From positions 599,633 through 663,632 of the forward strand of contig JBBDUI010000002.1 in NCBI GenBank assembly GCA_040903985.1: DNA of 64,000 nucleotides, written 5' to 3'. Positions 57,051 to 64,000 of this stretch are shown one piece after another. How positions within the stretch are numbered: position 1 is the first letter of the stretch; each line of letters opens with the position of its first letter. The notes beneath the pieces were generated by a model. The model saw only the letters and a list, made by a program, of their open reading frames with translations, did not search any database and was not told where the DNA came from. Position numbers and translations under genes: made by a program. This DNA is from Candidatus Saccharimonadales bacterium (GTDB lineage: Bacteria > Patescibacteriota > Saccharimonadia > QS-5-54-17).

Positions 57051-57605
57051 ATGCCCATCACTGATCTCGCTACCAATCCCTTCTGGCTGCTGTTCTATAG
57101 CACCGGTCAGCTGGCAGGTGTCATCGCTATCGCCCTGGTGGTCGTATTCCTGCGCGCCCTATGGGTGAAGAGGAAGGTCACGCTTCTGTCCGTCAGCTAC
57201 CTTGGTGCCGCCGGCGTCATGGGCCTCGCTACCTACGAGCTGTCCGCGTTCAGGATGCGATCACCGCTCGGGCCTATCCCAGGAGTAGCAGTCTTACTGC
57301 TGATCCTGTTGGTCGTGCTTGGCGGCAGACTCGTGCACGAGTCTGTGAACCAACAGCTGATCGGGTTGATGGTGACCTTCTTCATGGTGCTGGTTACTGC
57401 CGCCATGCTGGCTGAGCTACTGCCTGTAGGTATGGGCTCGGTGGCATTGGCCAACCTGCTGCTGTGGTTGGCGCTTCTGTTGGGGCTTGCGACGCTCTTG
57501 GTCCACTTCCGGCAACGACAGAGTCGAGACTCCCAGATCGCTCCTCGCAGTGGGTCACATCGGCGCGACACCTCTGGCTCCCGGATCGTCGATCAGTCGG
57601 CCTGA
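57051..57605 (+). CDS. Membrane protein of unknown function
   Basis: About five TM segments; GGAGAGGA RBS. Confidence 0.7.
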   Translation: MPITDLATNPFWLLFYSTGQLAGVIAIALVVVFLRALWVKRKVTLLSVSYLGAAGVMGLATYELSAFRMRSPLGPIPGVAVLLLILLVVLGGRLVHESVNQQLIGLMVTFFMVLVTAAMLAELLPVGMGSVALANLLLWLALLLGLATLLVHFRQRQSRDSQIAPRSGSHRRDTSGSRIVDQSA

Positions 57606-57611
57606 GACCCT

Positions 57612-57662
57612 CGCTAGTGCGGACGAGACGGCTCTTTGAGTCTGTACTCGTCCGCACTAGCG
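57612..57662. repeat. 16-bp inverted repeat after the membrane gene
   Basis: CGCTAGTGCGGACGAG...CTCGTCCGCACTAGCG. Confidence 0.85.
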
Positions 57663-57795
57663 GAACTACTTAAGTTACATAACCTTATTTTTTATGCTTA
57701 CTTCTTTATAACTAATTTATTACGCTTAAGCTGGACTGACTCAGCGTTCTTTGCTATATTTCAGCCTAGTTTCAATAACAAAAAGAGTCCGTCTT

Positions 57796-58287
57796 ATGAA
57801 TCGACCGAGTCAGAGCACACAGATTATCGGCATTATCCTTATTCTCATGACGGTGGTGGTCTTAGCAGTGGTGGGCTGGATGTGGCTTGAGGCGGCCGAG
57901 TCTAGTCGTCAAGTCGATAACACTCCCAGCGAGAATACTACCTTAGCTACCGAGTACACGTCAGAGTCTGGGGTGAAGGTTCGGGTGACTGCCCCGGAGA
58001 GTGGGGTAGTAGTATCCTCCCCGCTAGTAGTCCGAGGCGAAGTTCCAGGTAACTGGTCGTTTGAAGCCAGTTTTCCAGTGCGATTGCTGGATGAGGAGGG
58101 CGTTGAATTGGCAACCGCTATCGCGACTTTGGAAGATGACTGGATGACGGAAGAGCTAGTATCTTTTAGTGCTGAGCTGGAATTTGATGCACCTGAGAGC
58201 GAGCGCGGTACCCTGGTACTTGAGAAGAGTAATCCGAGCGGTTTGGCTGCCCAAGCCGATAAAGTCACACTGCCGCTGCGTTTCTAG
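57796..58287 (+). CDS. Gmad2 immunoglobulin-like domain protein
   Basis: SPLVVRGEVPGNWSFEASFPVRL...DWMT...LEKSNPSGL; N-terminal TM. Confidence 0.88.
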   Translation: MNRPSQSTQIIGIILILMTVVVLAVVGWMWLEAAESSRQVDNTPSENTTLATEYTSESGVKVRVTAPESGVVVSSPLVVRGEVPGNWSFEASFPVRLLDEEGVELATAIATLEDDWMTEELVSFSAELEFDAPESERGTLVLEKSNPSGLAAQADKVTLPLRF

Positions 58288-59030
58288 CTTGCTGCTCCGG
58301 CTGAACTCGGTTTAGTCTGTTCGATAATCTTAATGATCTCATCGAAATCATCGGTTAAGGTATAGAGCTGAGTGTCGTTCTCTCCGATGGTTTGATTTTG
58401 TTTTTGCAGAGTGGTTTCGATGTAATCTAGTAGCGGCTGCCAAAAACTACTACCCACCAGAATGATAGGAATCGGTTTAATCTTTCCAGTCTGCTTCAAA
58501 GTTAAAATTTCGAAGAATTCGTCCATAGTACCGAATCCGCCCGGGAAGTAAACGTAGGCTCGGGCAGCGAAGGCGAGGGCGACTTTACGACTGAAAAAGT
58601 AGTAGAAGTCGCTGGAGTGAGTGACGAATTCATTTGTCACTTGTTCGTAAGGCAGCTCTATCGTCATACCGACCGAGTCGCCGTTAACATCGTGTGCCCC
58701 ACGGTTAGCGGCCTCCATAATACCGCGACCACCACCACTGACTATAGTGATGCCTAGCTCTTGAGCGATTCGCTTAGCTAGGTGACGTGCTTGCTGATAG
58801 TACTCGTTATGCTCGTCGAAACGGGCCGAGCCGAAGAAAGATACGGTATTGGGGTGGTTCTGGATGATGCGAAAGCCGCTTTCAAAGTCAGAGTGGATCC
58901 GTTTCATACGGATACGAATGTCATCGTTGCTGAGTGCCCGAATCTCACGATCCTCACGTTCGGCTACGGTGCGAAGGGAGGAGTGGCGCCGGCTACTGGG
59001 CTGGAAAATCTGTTTGAGTTTTTTCTTCAT
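58284..59030 (-). CDS. LOG family (TIGR00730-like) Rossmann-fold protein
   Basis: FGSAR, GIMEAANRGA, PGGFGTMDE. Confidence 0.93.
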   Translation of the reverse strand: MKKKLKQIFQPSSRRHSSLRTVAEREDREIRALSNDDIRIRMKRIHSDFESGFRIIQNHPNTVSFFGSARFDEHNEYYQQARHLAKRIAQELGITIVSGGGRGIMEAANRGAHDVNGDSVGMTIELPYEQVTNEFVTHSSDFYYFFSRKVALAFAARAYVYFPGGFGTMDEFFEILTLKQTGKIKPIPIILVGSSFWQPLLDYIETTLQKQNQTIGENDTQLYTLTDDFDEIIKIIEQTKPSSAGAAS

Positions 59031-59160
59031 ATCTATTTTTTACACTTTAGGTTAGCTAGCGTTATGGTAGCAGATTACCGTCCTAAGATAAAAGAGTCTT
59101 TTCTCGCTTCAATAACTTGAATGCGTTAATATGGGGTGAGAAGTAAACATAAGCAGAAAA

Positions 59161-61704
59161 GTGAACTCATCCGTGAAGGCCTATTACCAACAGTCTACTA
59201 CTGAGCTCTATGAGCAGCTTAAGACCGGCGAGCATGGGCTCAGCAGCGCTGAGGCTACCGCACGGCTAGCTGAGTACGGTCCTAATACTATTCAGGTAGA
59301 GACGGAATCGCTCTGGCATAAGCTCAGCGAACCGTTTCGGAGTGTCTTCATGTTGATCTTAGCGATTGCAGCCGGAGCCAGTCTTGCGACTAATGAGCAG
59401 CTCGATGCGGTGATAATTTTTGCCATTATCGTGATATCGGTCGTAATCTACTACTTACAGCGGTTCTCGGCCGATCGGGTATTGCGAGCACTGGAGCAGA
59501 CTGACCGTCAGCTGATTAAGGTTTTCCGCGACGGAGTCGAGCATGAACTGCCGGTAGAGCAGTTGGTGCCCGGGGATGTGGTCGAGCTACATGAAGGAGA
59601 GAAAGTGCCGGCCGATGCGCGCTTAGTCACAGCCGATAACGTTCGGAGTGATGAGGCGCTACTCACCGGCGAATCGGCACCGGTCGCAAAAGTCATCCAG
59701 CCAGCCCGGGCGAAAAAACAGGTGTACGATCAGACCAATATGTTGTTTCGCGGTGCCTTCATAGTTTCTGGGACGGCTGTGGCAGTAGTAGTAGCCACTG
59801 GAAACGCTACAGAGTTCGGCCAAATCGCAGCCCTCTCTCGGCGTACCGACTTAACTAGTCCGGTTCGGGCTAAAATCGACCGGCTTATTTCGCAAATAGT
59901 CGGTGTAGTAGCCCTGATATCTCTGGGTGTATTTGGGCTGGGTTTTTATCGAGGGCTAGATCTGGCTGAGTCGATTCGTCTAGTACTAACCTTATCGGTT
60001 GCGGTGATTCCAGAGGGGCTACCGATCGCTATCTCGGTCATTCTAGTGCTTGGTATGCGGCGAATGGCCAAACAACAGGCGTTAGTCCGGAGTATGAGTG
60101 CCATTGAGAATATCGGCAGCATTACTACGATTGCTACCGATAAAACTGGTACTCTAACTCAGAACAAGCTATCGATCCAAGATGTCTGGTTGCCGAGTGA
60201 ACCGCTTGAGTTACGTCAGGTGGCGGAGGCTGTCTATTTGTCGGTTAATCAGGGCAAAGGGGAGTTGTTTGATCCCTTGGATAGTGCCCTAATGGCGTTT
60301 GCGACTTCCTACCATGTCTCCAGCGTTACCGGACATGATCTGGTGTCTAGCCTGACTTTTGAGCAGGAACAGGCGATGAGTGGTAATGTCTGGCAAGATG
60401 CTAAAGGGTATGAGACTTATGTCAAAGGTGCACCGGAACGCATAGTGGCCGCTAGTTCTCTAAGTGACAAACGCCGCCAGGCAATCGAGGAGCGCCTGCA
60501 CGCCCTCACGGCAAAAGGTTATCGAGTGATTGCCTTAGCCCGTATCCATCGGGGTAAGGAAGTGCCTCAGACATTAACGGCCGTCCGCGAAGAGGGGCTA
60601 GAGTTTCTCGCTTTAATTGCGGTAGCTGATGAGTTAAGAGCCGAAGCTAAACAATCGGTGCTGGATGCCCAAGCAGCTGGGGTGAATGTTCGTATGGTTA
60701 CCGGTGACCATGCGGAGACAGCTTTTGCGATCGGGAAAGAGCTCGGCCTAGTCGAACAACGCAGCCAGGTGTTTGACTGTACCGCTATTGACCAGCTGTC
60801 CGAATCGGAGCTGAAAGAGAAGGTAAATAATGCCCAGGTCTTCGCTCGGGTGCTACCGGAGTATAAACATCGTATTCTCAGCATTCTAAAGACGAGCCAG
60901 ATCGTAGCTATGACTGGTGATGGCGTTAATGACGTACCGGCCCTAACCAATTCTCATATCGGTATCGCCATGGGTAGTGGTTCGCAGATAGCCAAGGAGG
61001 CTGGTGATATCGTGCTCTTAGACGACAATTTTAGCAGTATTACAGCGGCGCTGAGGCAAGGGCGCGTTATATTCGACAACATTCGGCGCATGCTCTACTA
61101 CCTGCTATCTAGTAATCTGGGTGAGGTTCTAACGGTTGTAGCGGCCTTAGTGGTAGGTCTACCGTTACCGCTGCTGCCGGTGCAGATACTTTGGATTAAC
61201 TTAGCTACCGATACGTCAATGGTAATTCCGCTGGGTTTGGAGCCGGCTGAGTATGATGTGATGAGTCGTCCACCGCGTCCACCTAAGCAGCCGATTTTTA
61301 CAAAAGCTATGATCTCAAGGATGGCTCTAGCCGGGGTAACGATGGCTATCGTTGCAATTGCATTCTTCCAGTATCATTTACAGACCGAGAGCGCTGACTA
61401 TGCGCGCACGGTCGTGTTTAATATCTTAATCGTGATCCAGCTGGCCCACGCCTTTAATGCTCGGAGTGAGTGGCAGTCAGTTTTCGCGCGCCTAGGAGTG
61501 ATGAACTTTAAATTTTATGTCGGACTCATACTGACTGTCGGCCTGCACGTTCTCTCTCTGCGTGGACCGCTAGGGCCGATTCTGCATCTTGAGCTGATTA
61601 CACTAGAAGATATTATTATTAGCGGTGGGGTGGCTCTGACCGCTATATTAGCCGTAAGCGAACTACATAAGTTCATTGGACGCCGTTATTTTCAGCGGAA
61701 CTAG
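59161..61704 (+). CDS. P-type cation-transporting ATPase (type II)
   Basis: LTGES, PEGL, DKTGTLT, KGAPE, TGD, GDGVND. Confidence 0.96.
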   Translation: MNSSVKAYYQQSTTELYEQLKTGEHGLSSAEATARLAEYGPNTIQVETESLWHKLSEPFRSVFMLILAIAAGASLATNEQLDAVIIFAIIVISVVIYYLQRFSADRVLRALEQTDRQLIKVFRDGVEHELPVEQLVPGDVVELHEGEKVPADARLVTADNVRSDEALLTGESAPVAKVIQPARAKKQVYDQTNMLFRGAFIVSGTAVAVVVATGNATEFGQIAALSRRTDLTSPVRAKIDRLISQIVGVVALISLGVFGLGFYRGLDLAESIRLVLTLSVAVIPEGLPIAISVILVLGMRRMAKQQALVRSMSAIENIGSITTIATDKTGTLTQNKLSIQDVWLPSEPLELRQVAEAVYLSVNQGKGELFDPLDSALMAFATSYHVSSVTGHDLVSSLTFEQEQAMSGNVWQDAKGYETYVKGAPERIVAASSLSDKRRQAIEERLHALTAKGYRVIALARIHRGKEVPQTLTAVREEGLEFLALIAVADELRAEAKQSVLDAQAAGVNVRMVTGDHAETAFAIGKELGLVEQRSQVFDCTAIDQLSESELKEKVNNAQVFARVLPEYKHRILSILKTSQIVAMTGDGVNDVPALTNSHIGIAMGSGSQIAKEAGDIVLLDDNFSSITAALRQGRVIFDNIRRMLYYLLSSNLGEVLTVVAALVVGLPLPLLPVQILWINLATDTSMVIPLGLEPAEYDVMSRPPRPPKQPIFTKAMISRMALAGVTMAIVAIAFFQYHLQTESADYARTVVFNILIVIQLAHAFNARSEWQSVFARLGVMNFKFYVGLILTVGLHVLSLRGPLGPILHLELITLEDIIISGGVALTAILAVSELHKFIGRRYFQRN

Positions 61705-61707
61705 TAG

Positions 61708-61735
61708 TTGACTGCGTAAACCATAAGCATATAAT
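61708..61735 (+). promoter_or_regulatory. Possible sigma70 promoter
   Basis: TTGACT-16 bp-TATAAT. Confidence 0.55.
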
Positions 61736-61761
61736 TAAGACCAGTTTAACTGGTAGTAGAG

Positions 61762-62478
61762 ATGAACAAGATCGCTATAGTATCAACAGTAGTCGGAGCG
61801 TTATTTGTTACGACCGTGACTTTTTCTACCGTAACCGCTCAGGCTCAGCTAATCGATAGAGCAGCTGAGTCGTCTGAAGCGCTTCAGCAAGAAGTCGACC
61901 GGCGAGCTCAACAGACCCCACTGCAGAGGGGTAATTTGGCACCAGATACACCAGTAACCTCAGAAGACGAATCACCTGCGACCACCCCGATGCGCACAAC
62001 TCAAACGGACGCGCGTGATAATCGATCAAGCTGCACCAACAGGGCCACCGCAGTTAATACTATCGCTGAACGATTTGTGCGCTTAAGTGAACGCCAGCTT
62101 TTAGTGATAGGCACGATCGTTGAGCGAGTGGATGGTTACTACAGAGAAAGTGGTCTAGAGGCGGATGGTTACGCTGACTACTTGGCTGCCAACCAAGAGC
62201 GACGGGTACAGCTGGAGACAGCGATCGCACAGATTACTGCCACTCAAACAGAGCTAGCCTGCCCTGAGGCTGCTCTGCGTGAGCAGCTAAGGGATTTACG
62301 TGTTCAGCTGCAAACAGTTGTGACCCGGGTAGGTGAATACCGACGTACAGCCCGGGAGCTAGTAGTGGTGGTGCGAACGGCTGCTCAAGCCGCCGCCACT
62401 GAAGGCGAGACCGAAGGAGAGAATGATTCCGCTCCGGAGGAGCCAGTTATCAATGCCACGGACAGCCCGGATGCGTAA
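61762..62478 (+). CDS. Secreted helical/coiled-coil hypothetical protein
   Basis: Signal peptide ending AQA; helical composition. Confidence 0.75.
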   Translation: MNKIAIVSTVVGALFVTTVTFSTVTAQAQLIDRAAESSEALQQEVDRRAQQTPLQRGNLAPDTPVTSEDESPATTPMRTTQTDARDNRSSCTNRATAVNTIAERFVRLSERQLLVIGTIVERVDGYYRESGLEADGYADYLAANQERRVQLETAIAQITATQTELACPEAALREQLRDLRVQLQTVVTRVGEYRRTARELVVVVRTAAQAAATEGETEGENDSAPEEPVINATDSPDA

Positions 62479-62758
62479 GTATCGTCTTACCCCGATTGAG
62501 CTGTTTCTTATCGCGGCTACCGTTTTTGTGGTTGGGTTTGTCGGTTATGCGGTCTACCAGACCCAGCAGATTGCCGAACAGCCGCTAGAAGAGACGGAGA
62601 TAGCCCCCCGCGATGATGCGGCCGATCGCGTCCCGGATGCGCCAGAGGTAGAGTCGGCACAAGATCTCGATGCTGCCGTTCAAACTTTAGACGAGATCGA
62701 TCCAGAGGCCGGCCTAGAGGAGGATAGCGAGTTAGAATCTCAAGCCAGCGAACTCTAA
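62471..62758 (+). CDS. Small membrane-anchored acidic protein with pilin-like N-terminus
   Basis: MRKYRLTPIELFLIAATVFVVGFVGYAVY; start overlaps the upstream stop. Confidence 0.65.
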   Translation: MRKYRLTPIELFLIAATVFVVGFVGYAVYQTQQIAEQPLEETEIAPRDDAADRVPDAPEVESAQDLDAAVQTLDEIDPEAGLEEDSELESQASEL

Positions 62759-62781
62759 GTTCTAAGTTTGCCGCCAGCTAG

Positions 62782-62814
62782 AAAACTCCCGCGAAATTAT
62801 TCCGTGGGAGTTTT
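62782..62814. terminator. Bidirectional intrinsic terminator
   Basis: AAAACTCCCGCG...CGTGGGAGTTTT between convergent genes. Confidence 0.7.
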
Positions 62815-62839
62815 ACGTCTGTAGTTAGAGTTGGTTGTC

Positions 62840-63094
62840 CTAGCGCCGGAGAGCGCGAACGATAGCTAGGAGGATCACCGCACCGACTGTGGCGACAATT
62901 AGCCTACCGATAATATTAGCATCTACCTCGAAACCGAGTGCCTCAAAGACGATACTGCCGATAAAACTACCGATAATACCAACGATAACGTTCATTACTA
63001 AGCCCTGTTGGGCGGCCGTTTTCATGATCAGTGAGGCTAGCCATCCGGCTAGACCACCGACAATTAAGGTCATGATAATTACAGGTCCATCCAT
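62840..63094 (-). CDS. GlsB/YeaQ/YmgE family membrane protein
   Basis: GGLAGWLAS..MK...NVIVGIIGSFIG...ATVGAVILL. Confidence 0.92.
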   Translation of the reverse strand: MDGPVIIMTLIVGGLAGWLASLIMKTAAQQGLVMNVIVGIIGSFIGSIVFEALGFEVDANIIGRLIVATVGAVILLAIVRALRR

Positions 63095-63228
63095 AGTGAT
63101 TTTCTCCTTAGCTTTATAAACCCCACAATTATAGCATTGAGATCCGTTGCAATTAAGTTTTGTTTATAGAAAAACCGCCCGAGGCTTTGATGGCCACTGG
63201 GCGGTTCTCTAAAGTGCTAGCGCGCAGG

Positions 63229-63927
63229 TTACTTGCGGCGCGGAGACTTTTCGCTACGTGTGTAGGCTCGCTCGATGATTCGAGCGGCGGTGTCGCGTCC
63301 ACCGAGTCCGAAAGCGAGAGCGAGTCCTAACATTACACCGGCTACGATAACCGTAATGTTAGCGGTTAGGATGGTAGTGTCGAAGCCAAGCTGGTCGACG
63401 GCCATCAGTGAACCGAATGCTACTAGTGAGTAGAATGCTACAGTGGCAATCGGTGAGGCGAAGTCGACACTCATGCGGGCTAGTCCAACCGCAACGGCGT
63501 CCCGTACTAAGCGCGCACCAGCTACGGTCACAGTCAATACGATAGCGGCAGCTAGAACGTTAGGCAGGTAGTTTAGTAGCTCGCGGATCACATCGCGCAT
63601 GGCGTTCAGTTCGAGCACATCAGCGGCAGTGAGGGCGAAGATGACGATTACTACCCAGAAGACTACTCGAGCGGCTAGGCCTACCCAGTCAGCTTCAAGA
63701 CCGGTAGTTCTAAGCGTTTGAGCTACAGTTTTGTTAGTCTTTAGTTTGTTAATTCCAATAAATTCGAGCACCTTCTTAGTTAGGCTTTCTGCTAGCTTAG
63801 CCACTAGCGCACCTAAGATAATAAGTAGGATCGCTCCTAGCAACTTCGGCATGAATGTGCCGATTGATTGCCAGAATTCGTTGGCTGAATCCGTAACGAG
63901 ATCGGTGAAGTTTTGTACTTCCTGCAT
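63229..63927 (-). CDS. Conserved TM-helix (MscS-associated, CmpX-like) membrane protein
   Basis: FMPKLLGA / YLPNVLAA repeats; LALAFGLGGRD. Confidence 0.88.
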   Translation of the reverse strand: MQEVQNFTDLVTDSANEFWQSIGTFMPKLLGAILLIILGALVAKLAESLTKKVLEFIGINKLKTNKTVAQTLRTTGLEADWVGLAARVVFWVVIVIFALTAADVLELNAMRDVIRELLNYLPNVLAAAIVLTVTVAGARLVRDAVAVGLARMSVDFASPIATVAFYSLVAFGSLMAVDQLGFDTTILTANITVIVAGVMLGLALAFGLGGRDTAARIIERAYTRSEKSPRRK

Positions 63928-64000
63928 CGTTTCCTCCTAATGTTTAATTTACAACGATATAAACATAGTATACCCAATCAAATTCGATTGTGCAAACGCA

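Overview
Chromosomal window of a small-genome bacterium. Gene content and order (rpmF-nusB-NUDIX-rnc-rpsP-KH-trmD, lemA-htpX, comEC, PaaX/Cas2-like gene) suggest Patescibacteria, probably Saccharibacteria; this assignment is an inference. The window holds six tRNAs (Phe, Gly, Leu, Cys, Ala, Gln), housekeeping genes (ligA, murF, leuS, rnc, trmD, sodN/sodX, tatA/tatC) and an AT-rich ~11.8 kb island integrated at tRNA-Gly that carries a serine integrase and restriction/nuclease cargo. Main candidate novel system: six dispersed, signal-peptide-less, phage-tail-fibre-like proteins share the N-terminal tag M[APS]RLPIPG[SA]DxGxWGx[IL]LNE[FY]L on mosaic shafts and variable tips. One sits in a locus with an atypical TatAC, a 65-aa Tat-like peptide and a 78-aa LPXTG protein; these two small proteins share the motif YGxSxYGA. 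I propose, as inference, a carrier-and-anchor route for exporting and displaying the fibres. Other notable signals: the island's att site lies inside the integrase gene, so excision would swap its C-terminus for a 34-aa in-frame tail stored at the far end; a PaaX/Cas2-like gene is bracketed by a 23-bp direct repeat and a perfect 46-bp palindrome; and a ~156-bp non-coding insert at tRNA-Phe has a 19-bp target duplication. All protein family calls come from motif recognition, not database searches.
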